A stretch of 64,000 bases of DNA, taken from positions 187,426,001 through 187,490,000 of the forward strand of contig NC_135881.1 of NCBI RefSeq assembly GCF_964194155.1. The letters run 5' to 3'. Shown here one piece after another: positions 48,497-59,914 of the stretch. This DNA comes from Cetorhinus maximus (taxonomy: Eukaryota). The stretch's first letter is position 1; each line of letters opens with the position of its first letter. The notes beneath the pieces are model-generated. The model did not search any database and was not told the DNA's origin. It saw only the letters and a program-made list of their open reading frames with translations. Both the position numbers and the translations under genes were made by a program.

Positions 48497-50789
48497 TTAG
48501 TTTTAAGACCACTTGTTTTGTTTAATTTTTTCATATGCGATAATATTTTTGTTTAAAAATGTTAAATCCTGTAGCATAGTTCCATTGGTTAAAAGGTGTT
48601 CGAATTTCCCTTTAAATGTTAATGGTCCCTAACAGGATCATAATACTATTGCTAACTGTGCTTGCATTTTCATAGACAGAAATGTATTTATTTGTTATGT
48701 AGTGTTAATCTGGTCTAATTACTCATTTGAATACGCTTATTTGAATGTAATATTTTATTTGTACATTTAAATGTAACTAGTCGATGTTCCCTTATCCGAG
48801 GAGTCTGTTACCAGGTAGCATAGATTTAAGGTGATTGGTAGAAGGATTAGAGGGAACATGAAGAAAAGTTTTTTTACCCAGAGGGTGGTGGGCATTGTTG
48901 AGCTGGTGAAGGTTATAGAGATAGGGAGGGGCAAAATCATGGAGGGATTTGAAAACAAGGATGAGAATTTTAAAGTGGAGGTGTTCTTTAACCAAGAGAA
49001 CAAGGTTAGTGAGCACCAAGGTGATAGGTGAACAGGACTTGGTGTGATTAAGGATGCGTGCAGCAGAGTTTTGGATGACCTCAAGTTAGAACCATAGAAA
49101 AGTTAGTGAAAAAAGAGGCCATTCAGCCCATCATGTCTGCACCGGTCAAGAGAAAATAGAAACTAGCCACTCATTTTAATCCCACTTTCCAGCACCTGGT
49201 CCGTAGCCTTGCAAGTTACAGCATTTCAGATGCAGATCCAGGTATCTTTTTAAATGAATTGAGCATTTCGGCCCCAACCACCAACTTAGGCAGTAAATTG
49301 GTGAAAGGGTGCACAACAATCTGAAAGGGGACTCTCGCCAGTCATTGCCTACAGGGAGAATGGGTTTATTGAGGAGAGCGAAAAAAAAGTTTATCCATGA
49401 CCAGCCTGACCTGCAAGTTAACACTGAATAATGGTCTAGACTGGGAACTCTGCTCACTCGAGCTTGAGGACACTGAACCCAGCTGACATCATATAGTTGA
49501 GTAGTGTCCATAAATTGAACTTGGGACCCTCTTGATCTGCAAAATTTGCTCAGAGAAATGTTGGGCCACGGAGATTATTAGTTGAGCATTGCTTTAAGAT
49601 TTTTGAATTAATTTGTTAATCCTAATTGAAATGCACAGAGTTGGGAAGATGATGAATTTTCCAAATAAAATTTTATTAAAGATACTCAAAGAATCAGAAA
49701 AAACAATTTTATGGATAAGTTATGTTGTATTATTATTAAATATATAACTTTAAAATATTTTAATGCATTGGTGATCTTAAAAGGAGGGAATTGGCAGGGG
49801 GAAAAGGGGAAATAAAAGCTGCACAGTTAGACCCCTGCACAGTGCTTCCCTCCCTCCTTACCCGGCAGCTCGTGTTCCGGTACCATGTTGGACACACATT
49901 AATATTGCACAGGCAGCCATGGGCTGACACGCTGCACTCACATATCCCCCTCTGCCAGAATCAATATCAAGTCTGTTCCCTTTCTGTTGTTGCATTTGGA
50001 AACCCAGACTCACTTTTTAAAATTTAGTTTAAAGTGCAATACATTTCAAAATACACCTCTGTGGAGGAACAGGTCGGAAAAAAAATTAAAAGGGCGGAAA
50101 ATCCCAAAGTCAGAATTCCACAAAATATGTCAGAAATTTCTCATCCCTGCATTCACTTACTCAGCAGCCCCTCTCCCACAGGCCCTCTCATGGCCAGGCC
50201 ATCATGACTGAAGGTTGGCAATAAATATTGCTGAAACTCCACAGACTTTTGACCCTAGCACATGTTGTGTGTGATTGTTTCTGCAATTCTTTTTGCCAAT
50301 ACCTCCTTATGGTTATTGTTGTTTGCTGTTGTAATTCAACAAGCTGGGAACAAAGTGGTGGCATTTAGAAAACCGGCACCAATTCACTACAACCCCCAAC
50401 TGCTGTTCCCTCCTTACCCCTCCCCCTCAAAACCTGCAGGGACCCACTCCACTACTTTCCGACCCTCCACTGCCTGCCAAACCCTGCAACTCCACCAAGC
50501 AGCCAGCAGCAGAGCACGTCCTCCCAGTGGGATGTGTACGACAGCCAGGTCGGGGCTGGTGTGAGGCTGAGCGGCAGAACACCCAGGCCTGCTCCTCGTC
50601 TCGTTATTGGCAGAGATCTTCCAGAATTTGTGAGACTCCTCTCAGTTTTAGCTATGTTGGAGGCAGAGAAGGTCGAGGGGAGGCGGAGGTCAGAAAAAAA
50701 TTAAAAGGGCAGAATTCCACTATCCAAAAGTTAGAATTCTGCCAAGCGGCAGAGATTTCTCACCCCTGTCTGGGTTTCAAGAGGTCTTC

Positions 50790-53225
50790 AATAAAGTGCC
50801 CCATAATAGACTAATGAATAAGGTCAGAGAATGTGGAGTCAAGGGACTCATGGCAGAATGGATTACTAGCTGGCTTCAAGATAGAAAGCAGAGAGTGGGA
50901 GTAAAATACAGTTATTCAGAGTTATAGAGGGTGAGAAGTGGTGTTCCACAAGGATTCGTGCTGGATCCACTGATGTTCCCAATTTCCATTCATGATTTGG
51001 ACTTTGGAATCAAGAACATTTTCTAAATTTGTTGATGACACCAAATTTGGAAAAAAAAAGGGGGGGGGGGGGTGGCGGTGGCAGGGAGTGGAAATAATTA
51101 ATACTGAGGAGAACTGCAACAAATTACAGGGGGACATTAATAAACTTGCAGATTGGGCAAATAATTGGCAAATTAAGTTCAACACACATAACAGAGGTAG
51201 TACATTTTGGTAGGAAGAAGGGAGGTCACTTATTACTTGGAAGGTACAAGTCTAGGTGAGGTAGAGGAACAAAGGGATCTTGGGAGTGTAGATACATCAA
51301 TTCCTAAAAAGTTGCACCACAAGTTAGCAAGGTCATAAAAGAAAGCAAACCAAGCACTAGGCTTTATTTCCAGAGGGATAGAATTGAAAAATAGGGAAGT
51401 CATTCTAAACTTGCATTGAACTTTGGTTAGACTGCACTTAAGAGAACTGCATGCAGCTCTGGTTGCCATAATAGAAAAGGATGTAGTGGACCTGGAGAGA
51501 GTGCGGAGAGCATTTACAAGGATGATACCAGAAATGCATGGATATTCATAGAAGCTAGGAGCAGGAGTAGGCCATTCAGCCCTTCAAGCCTGCTCCACCA
51601 TTCATTATGATCATGGCTGATCATCCAACTCAATAGCCTGCTCCCGCTTTCTCCCCATACCTTTTGATCCCTTTCGCTCCAAGAGCTATATCTAACTCCT
51701 TCTTGAAAGCATACAATGTTTTGGTCTCAATTACTTTCTGTGGTAACGAATTCGACAGGCTCACCACTCTCTGGGTGAAGAAATTTCTCCTCATCTCAGT
51801 CTTAAATGGTCTATCCCGTATCCTCAGACTGTGACCCCTGGTTCTGGACTCCCCCACCATCGGGAACATCCTTCCTGCATCTACCCTGTCTAGTACTGCT
51901 AGAATTTTATAGGTTTCTATGAGATCCCCCCTCATTCTTCTGAACTCCAGCGATTATAATCCTAATCAACTCAATCTCTCCTCGTATGTCAGTCCCACCA
52001 TCCCAGGAATCAGTCAGGTAAACCTTCGCTGTACTCCCTCTATAGCAAGTACATCCTTCCTCAGATAGGGAGACCAAAACTGCACACAATATTCCAGGTG
52101 TGGTCTCACCAAGGCCCTGTACAATTGCAGCAAGACATCCCTGCTCCTGTACTTGAATCCGCTGGCTATGAAGGCCAACATACGATTTGCCTTCTTTACC
52201 GCCTGCTGCACCTTCATGCTTACCTTCAGCAACTGGTGTACAAGGACACCCAGGTCTCCTTGCACATTCCCCTCTCTCAATTTATAGCCATTCAGATAAT
52301 AATCTGCCTTCCTGTTTTTGCTACCAAAATGGATAACCTCACATTTATCCACATTATACTGCATCTGCCATGCATTTGCCCACTCACTCAGCTTGTCCAA
52401 ATCACACTGAAGCATCTCTGCATCCTCCTCACAGCTCACCCTCCCACCCAGCTTTGTGTCGTCTGCAAATTTGGAGATATTACATTTAATTCCCTCATCT
52501 AAATCATTAATATGTATTGTGAATATCTGGGGTCCCAGCACCGATCCCTGCGGTACCCCACTAAGTCACTGCCTGCCATTCGGAAAAAGACCCATTTATT
52601 CCTACTCTTCGTTTCCTGTCTGCCAACCAGTTTTCTATCCATCTCAATACACTACCCCCAATCCCATGTGCTTTAATTTTACATGCCAATCTCTTATGTG
52701 GGACTTTGTCAAAAGCCTTCTGAAAGTCCAAATAAACGACATCCACTGGCTCCCCCTCTTCAACTCTAATTATTACATCCTTGAAAAATTCCAGTAGATT
52801 TGTCATATCAGGAAAGGATTGACAGACGTGGTGTCTCTATCTCCCAAGAAAAATAAATAAAGCTGAGAGGTGGCCCAATAAAATTGAAAGGTTTTGATAG
52901 AGTGAATACAGCGAAACTGTCTCCTCCTGTGGGGAAAAGTATAACTTGAGGCCATCAATATAAGATAATTACCAAGAAATCCAATAGGAACTTAAGAAGA
53001 AATTGCTTTATTCAAAGAGTGGTGAGAACATGGAACTCCTTACCACAGGGCGTTGTTGAAATTAATAATATAGATGCATGTAAGGAGAAGCTAGATAAGC
53101 ATTTAAGCAGGGAAGGGAATAGATGGTTACAATGATAGATTTAGCTGAGTGAAGATGGGAGGAAGCTGGAATGAAGCATAAATACCAGCATCAGCTGAAT
53201 GGCCTGTTTCTGTGCTATATACTCA
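50790..53225. mobile_element. Older plus-strand CR1 interrupted by a younger minus-strand CR1 (about 51548-52805)
   Basis: Inner copy encodes YLDFQKAFDKVPH, SKFADDTKLGG and VRPHLEYCVQFWSP nearly intact; the host resumes after 52805. Confidence 0.9.
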
Positions 53226-53611
53226 ACATAATGCATTGATATTTCTTAATGAGAGATTAAAACCTTGTTTCAAACAATTTAGGAGTTATTTTGGAAATGT
53301 ATTACATGATCAAAGAACGCAATTTGATGTTCTGCTTGAATCATTATATTATTGAGAAGCAATGGGATACAATACACCAATGGTTGAAGTGGGAAGCAAC
53401 CCTACTGTCTTACCAGTAACAAAGATTTAGTGTAATGGTTCATTAAAATATCTTCCAAAAGAATTATAACAGTTTTTGGAGAGCAATTAACACAGGCTTT
53501 TCCATTCCAGCACTGGCAGTATTTTGCTTTTGTGTCCGTTCCAAGTAGGATCAGCACTTATTTTCAAGTAGCTCATAACTCAGTTCCACGGCATGAAACA
53601 AAATGGCTTAC

Positions 53612-53700
53612 CTGTTCTGTTTTACACAGACCTCCACGTGTATTTGCATGGATTCGAAAGATGGCAAAGCTTGTTTTAATTCTCCAGCTGCTGCATCCAT
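53612..53700 (-). CDS. TRIP13: TRIP13 first coding exon (ATG)
   Basis: MDAAAGELKQALPSFESMQIHVEVCVKQN, compare human MDEAVGDLKQALP...VHVEV. In-frame TAA directly before the ATG; splice acceptor 9 nt upstream. The 13 exons total 1305 nt = 434 aa plus stop. Confidence 0.93.
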
Positions 53701-54056
53701 TTATAGCTACTGAAACAGAATTTAAAACAAATTGAACAATCTATGCCACTGTTGTGCCATTATGACAGAAGCAACTCCTATCTTCATTTTCAGTGGGATT
53801 CAGTCTATCAATGATAGACTATGCATTCAGAAACAAACATTAGGTTACAACCCAACTATACACGTGTAAATAAATGTAGCACCATTTGAGAAGGTTGTAC
53901 ATTTAAATCAAATAAAAAGAATTATGGATGTTCCCTTCACAAATTTCAGTCAGTCAACAAATCCAAACAATGACTGTATCAGGAGGAAGATGAATAACTG
54001 GGGGTGACGTACTTCACAGCCAATGAAGTACACTTGAAATGTCATCACTGTTATAA

Positions 54057-56284
54057 AGGCACAGACCTACACCTTGGAGAGGACACTCCAGCTTTGTGAT
54101 TTACATCAGCACAACACAGGAAGAAACAGTTACCAGTTATAAAGCTTTTATTATTTTGTACCATTGACCCAGAAAGGACCCAGAAGCTCCTCAAAATCCT
54201 CAATTAGGCTCTTTAGGACGACGCCCAAAGCCAGGGTGCAGTGTCAAAGAGGGATCAACTGCGCAACACTATCTAAAGCTCCGCAGTCACTGTGGACAGT
54301 AAAAGAGATCAGAGGAATACTGACTGCTTTGAGGCTTATTAGGCTGATATGGAGCTAGTTACTGCAACAAAAAGGAGAGCCCTCATGAACTACAAGCTAG
54401 TCCCCAGCACACAAAACCTAAATGTTCAGAACTGCCAGAATCAAGTCTCAGATAGCTCAGCACTGCACCGATCAATACTGGTTGAAACTTTGCAACAGCA
54501 TACAAGCTGCTGCTGAATCCAGGGATGCTAGTGGGATGTAAGAAGGAATCAAGAAAGCAACAGGCCTAGCAACAACCGAATCATTCCCCTTGAAGACAAA
54601 GACAGGGTTGATCATCAATGAACCTGGCAAGCAGATGGAAAGATGAGTGGAGCACTCTTTCGAACACTACGCAAGGAAGAACATTGTCACTGAAGAAAAC
54701 TCTCAGTGCCATTCGACTTTCCTGTCATGAAGGAGCTGGACAATGAGCCCGCCATAGTAGAGCTTAACAAGGCCATTGACCATCTTGACAGTGGTCAAAA
54801 GATATTATTCCACCTGAAATCATCAAAAATATAAAACCAGCACTGCTGCAGCATCTCATGAACTTATGTGTCTCTGCTGGAAGGAAAGATTTGTGCCTCT
54901 AGACATGTGTGATGCAAAAATGGTTACCTTGTAGAAAAACAAAGGGGATCGCAATGACAGTAGCAATTACTGAAGTATCTCCTTGTTAATTACTGTGGGG
55001 AAGATTTTTGCTCACATTACACTGACCGGATTGCATTACACATCTACTGAGTGTCAATGTAGCTTCAGAGCTGGGAGCGTGACCATCGATACGACTGTCA
55101 CACTTCGGTAGTTACAGGGGAAATGCTGCGAACAGTGCAGACCACTCTATATTGCCATCATAGACCTCACTGAGGCCTTTAACCTTGTCAGCTGAGACAG
55201 ACTCCTCAAGCTGCTGCAGAAAATAGGCTGCCCACCTGGACTCCTGGCGCTATTTCTTCTTTCCACAAGAACTTGCAGTTTCTTCAGTTACAATGGAGCA
55301 TCATTGGAGGCTTTCCAGATCCAGTAAAACAGGGCTGCATCCTGTCACCAACTCTTTGGTATATTTTTCTCCATGCTGCTATTGTACACTCTTGTCTACC
55401 TGTATGCCAGAGCTGACTGCAAACTGTTCAACAAGGCAAGACTATGCACTTTGATTTGTCCTAGTCTGCGAGTTGCTGTTTGCTGATGATCCCATGTTAG
55501 CATCCCATAATGAAGTTCACTTACAACAGCTTTTAGATCGGTTTTACCTGGTGTGCAAGGAGTTTGGACTGACAATCAGCATCTGGAAGACCAAAGTTAT
55601 GGGCCAGGACATAGAGACGCCACCTTCCATCAAAATTGGCAATCTTACTCTAGAGGTGATCGACAGCGTCACATACTTTGGATCAACAATTACCAGCATT
55701 CTGTCGCTTGACGTTGAAATTAACACTAGGATTGCCAAGGCTGAAGCTGTTATGTTAAAGTTAAGAAGTCGAGCGTGGACCAACAGCAAACTAACCAAAA
55801 ATACAAAGCTCAATGTGTACCAGGCTTGTGTTCTCAACACCCTCCTTTACAGTAGCGAGACACAGACAACTTATGCAAGCCAATGAGTAGCTGAACAGCT
55901 TCCACCTCCGCTACCTCAGATGAACATTGGGCACCTCCTGGCAATGCAGTGTGCTGAGTATGGGTGCACACCAGTGTGCAGGGATCCCCAGCACGTTTGC
56001 CCTCTTGAGTCGGTGGCAACTCCGCTGGCTGGGTCACATGAGCCGAATGGATGACAGCCTCATCCCCAAGGACACATTGGAGCTTGTTCAGTACAGAAGT
56101 AACATACACTTCGGGCGCAGCCCAACATCTTCCGAGATGTTCTGTTTAGTTCTGCTGAAGGGTCATGAGGACTCGAAACGTCAACTCTTTTCTTCTCCGC
56201 CGATGCTGCCAAACCTGCTGAGTTTTTCCAGGTAATTCTGTTTTTGTTTTGGATCTTCCAAGATGGACGGATCCCGAACTAACT
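54057..56284 (+). mobile_element. RTE-clade LINE, 5'-truncated and decayed
   Basis: LLFADD..LASH, FGLTISIWKTKVM, INTRIAKA, VYQACVLNTLLYSSET; aact-type tail. 12-bp TSD tcactgttataa (54045-54056 and 56285-56296). Confidence 0.88.
56140..56252 (+). mobile_element. Penelope-derived hammerhead mini-element nested in the RTE
   Basis: agtt CTGCTGA agggtc atgag gactc GAAACGTC aact. TSD atcttccgagatg (56127-56139) / atcttccaagatg (56253-56265). Confidence 0.82.
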
Positions 56285-56694
56285 TCACTGTTATAATGCA
56301 GAAAACACACCAGGATTCCATAAACAGTAACGTAATGAGAATATCTCAGTGATGTTGGTTAAGGGATAAATATTGACCAAGATTCCCGGGAGAATTTCCT
56401 GACCACCCCGCTTTCCCCCCCCCCCCCCAAGAATACATTGGTAGACTGACCCTCAGTTTAAACTCTCATCCAAATAAAACGGCACCCCCGGCAATGCAAC
56501 ACTCCCTGAGCATTACCCTGGGGCCTGAACACAATCTCAAGACTCTAGGGTGAGGTGAGGGAGGGAGGGCAACTACTAAATCACGGCTGACACTCGAAGA
56601 AAGAAGTAGTTTCCTCACGCCCATTCTCTTTCTCTCTCTTTCTCTCTCTCTAGGGAACCAGACGCGCGATCCCCCGGGGCCGCTTCTCACTCAC

Positions 56695-56730
56695 GATTCC
56701 TTCAGCTCCCTCACTCTCAGCGGCTGCAAT
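56695..56730 (-). other. TRIP13: Putative non-coding first exon of TRIP13 (5' end approximate)
   Basis: Donor C|GTGAGT (plus-strand actcac 56689-56694) just downstream of a CDE/CHR in the CpG island. An upstream exon is implied by the acceptor at 53710-53711. Confidence 0.55.
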
Positions 56731-57337
56731 TCAAATCCTCCGCCCGCCACACCACAGATTCAGGCCGCGCACAGCGTCACACAAGTGGAAGCGGTGGTGG
56801 GGGGGGGCGGAGCGGTGGGGGGGGGGGTTGGGGCGGGCGGAGCAGTGGGTGGGGAGGGGGGTTGGAACCAATGCCCGGCAGGCCTTCCCTATTGGCGGGA
56901 ATTATCCCAATCCCATAATATCATTGGTTAGCTGCGACGTCAATTATTACAAAGGGCTGCCTGTTTCCCGGCGGGTCCCTTCTGATTGGCTGAATCTTTC
57001 TGTCACTCACTAACTCGCAGCCGGATTGGCTGCTGCCTGGCCGGCCGCCGAGCGGAGGGGGACCTCCCAACAGAAAGGGGGCGGGGGGGGAAGCTTGCAA
57101 ATTTGGAACGCCCGACAGATTGAATGATCTGGAATCGTTAAATAATATTTCATTAAAAAAAAAGAAAATCGGTGCCCACAGGAAGTTTTCCCTGGAGGAA
57201 ACAGACCCCAAACATCTCTTGCTGTCAGTCAGGGCACCGTTGGGCGCGCGCGGGGGAGGGAGGCTCTGCGCAGAATTGGCTGCGCGAGGGCGAGGGGCGC
57301 GCGGCGATTGCGCTTGCGCGCTGACGAAGGCCCGGAG

Positions 57338-57386
57338 ATGGGGAAGAAGCACAAGAAACACAAGTGCGAGTGGCACTCGTATGATG
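57338..57386 (+). CDS. BRD9: BRD9 coding exon 1
   Basis: MGKKHKKHKCEWHSYD then G|gtgagt; human BRD9 begins MGKKHKKHKAEW. Head-to-head with TRIP13 as in human. Confidence 0.95.
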
Positions 57387-58934
57387 GTGAGTAAGCCAGC
57401 CAGCCAGCTGAGTGGGCTCTCTTTCAGTGTGATGGCATGGAGGCAAGGGAAGAAAACATTACTCAGGGAGAGACGGGCGGTAAACGTCCAACCAGAGAGC
57501 TCGACCCCGGCTGGTGAGGTTGGGGGAGGGGCCCCTGTTTACACTCAAGTATAGAAAGTGTTGCAGCGTCTGCAATAGACTCATCTGCCTGCCTGTTGAC
57601 TTTTTTCGTTTTCAACCTTTGCTTCCTCCTTTTCGTTTGAAATCCTCAAGCCTAGTAATTGGTGCTGTGGACAGTAGCAATTGTTGGTCATAGCACGGAA
57701 CTGACTTTTGCCATTTTCTGCATTATCCGAGCCTCCTAATCTAATCATCATATCCTTCTCTTCCCCCCTCACGTATATATCTGGCTTCCCCTTAAAAACA
57801 TCTATTTGAGAACACAATTGCTCCATGTTTCAGCCTCATCACTGAGTAAGTTTCTCCTGAATTCTTCATTGGGTTTAGTAGTGACAATCTAGATCGGAGT
57901 CCCTTTATATTTTTGTTTTGCCCCCCCCGTTCTTGTTTGGCTTAAAATACTTACCAAATGCAATATAATCATTAAAACTGCGGTGAGGTACATTCAAATT
58001 AACTTCTAAAGTGTTTCCTAAGTGCAGCTGTAGAGCAACTTGACATTAAAAATTATTTGGGGAGAAAAAGAATACATTAAGTTTACAATAAGAAAATTGG
58101 GATTGGAAGGATTGATAGGCCACCAACTCTGTTCCATTTTAGTGAAGTGAAATTGTTTTAAGCAGCAGCTTTGATTATAGTTGGAAACATTTTAGTCTTG
58201 ATTGATCTGCAATGAAAATCTGCCAAAACACTCCACATGTTTTTCAAGTTGTGCCATAGATTCTGTTTCAATAAACTGGATCTTGTGTTTGGATAAGCAC
58301 AGAATGCTGATGTAAGGTCACTGATTTGACAATTGATGAGAGGTTGAGGGGCAAAGTCACATTACTTGGGCTTTAGAGCAATTTGGCGCAATGCACTCTT
58401 GCCTCTGAGTCAGAAGATTTTGGGTTCAGTAGAATACTTAGATGGCCTTTCTCACAATGGAGCACTTGCTTTCAGATGAGACTTAAACAGAGACACAATC
58501 TACTTGTCAAGTGGGAAAGACTCCAATGGCATAAGTCAAGGAAAAGAAGGGTTGGCATCCTTGTGCCCTGGCCAATGATTATCAAACCATCAAGATCTCA
58601 TTGCTGTTTGTGGGAGCTTGCTGTGTGTGGACTGGCTGCTATAAAAGCCTGCAAAACAACAGTAATTAAAGTTCAAGTAATTAATTGATTATGACATGTT
58701 ATGGTAAAAAATGCATCCTCTTTTGTCACGAAGAAGGGCAAACTAAAAAGGGAAGGAGGGGAAAAATACAAAATAACTTGTATAAAGCTAAAATTAGATT
58801 TTTGAGGAACAACTAATCCTTGATTATTAATGACAACCCGTTTTTACTGTCTCTCAATTTAGAGCAAATTCTTGCATAAATATTGCAGAATTTTTTTTTC
58901 ATGTATGTGTGAATTGTTTTCCTTTTCATCCCAG

Positions 58935-59149
58935 GCTTTATCGATAAACCCCCTGAAAAGCCACTTAAGCTGGTACTGAAGGTGGGAGGAAGTGAAGTTA
59001 CTGAGCTCTCTGGTTCAGGCCACGATTCCAGCTATTATGATGACCGGTCTGATCATGAGCGAGAACGACATAAAGACAAGAAAAAGAAGAAGAAGAAGAA
59101 GTCGGAGAAAGATAAGCATATTTCAGATGAAGAACGTAGGAGGAGGAAG
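58935..59149 (+). CDS. BRD9: BRD9 coding exon 2 (gene continues beyond the window)
   Basis: FIDKPPEKPLKLVLKVGGSEVTELSGSGHDSSYYDDRSDHERERHKDKKKKKKKKSEKDKHISDEERRRRK, 215 nt, ends AAG|gcaagt (GC donor). Confidence 0.93.
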
Positions 59150-59914
59150 GCAAGTTGACAAACTTGGTTCAATCAAGGACAGTTTGTATTTATGTACTCC
59201 CTTTAATGTTTAAAATAACAGGCCCAACACTCCAGAAATACAATTAGGTAAGAGAACAGGCATCTAAGTAACGTGGAGGGAGATTGGGATGGATGACTGA
59301 GATGTAGCTTGAAAAGGTTTTAAAAGATGGTGAGAAAAAATGGTGGGATCGAAGCTTTTAGCAATAGAGTTCCACAGTGTTGAGTCAAGATGGCTGAAGG
59401 CTTTGCCAATGATTTTGAGACAAAGGTATCGGGGATACATGAGAGACAAGAGGACTGATGGGCATTAGAAGGTAACAGGCTGGAGAAGCCTGTTTGAAGG
59501 GTTATGGGGTGGTGGTAGCGAGGTAAGAGATGGTGATGTTGAATTTGTTGCAGTGAGAGAGGGAGTTGCTGTAGGTCTGGTGAGGTGACAGATGAACTGG
59601 AATTTTTGCAGATCAAGATGCAATTTGCTGAATTTTGCACAGGCCAGAGTCTGGAAATTGGAAAGCAAGGTGGGCATTGGCATAATCAAATCAAGAAGTG
59701 GCAAAATTGGATAAGAATTTCAGCTATGAAGGGGTTGGGGTATAGGAACAGAGGTCTGATATACTTGGATTTGCAAACTGAAGAGATTGTGCTTGAGAAA
59801 AATACATTTTTTTTTTAGCAAAGTCAGCGCGAGAACTAGAAGAGAAATAGGAATATTAGGAGCTGATTGGGGAAGGCAACAAAGGAACAGAAGTTCAGTC
59901 TTGTAGAAGCAATA

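Larger units (their letters stand above)
56640..57540. promoter_or_regulatory. CpG-island bidirectional promoter shared by TRIP13 and BRD9
   Basis: Dense CpGs and GC boxes (GGGCGG). CCAAT/ATTGG at 56868, 56891, 56907, 56923, 56985 and 57025. E2F-like TTGGCGGGAA at 56892-56901. CDE/CHR at 56730-56744 on the minus strand. Confidence 0.85.

Noticed and set aside
1923-56252. Recurrent short repeats as a CRISPR-like array
   Set aside because: Copies are dispersed, flanked by TSDs and lack regular spacers; eukaryotic retroelement origin.
56921-57554. 144-151 aa ORFs across the CpG island
   Set aside because: GC-rich chance ORFs in frames other than BRD9 exon 1.
58992-59213. 73-aa ORF with an Arg run
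   Set aside because: Alternative frame of BRD9 exon 2.
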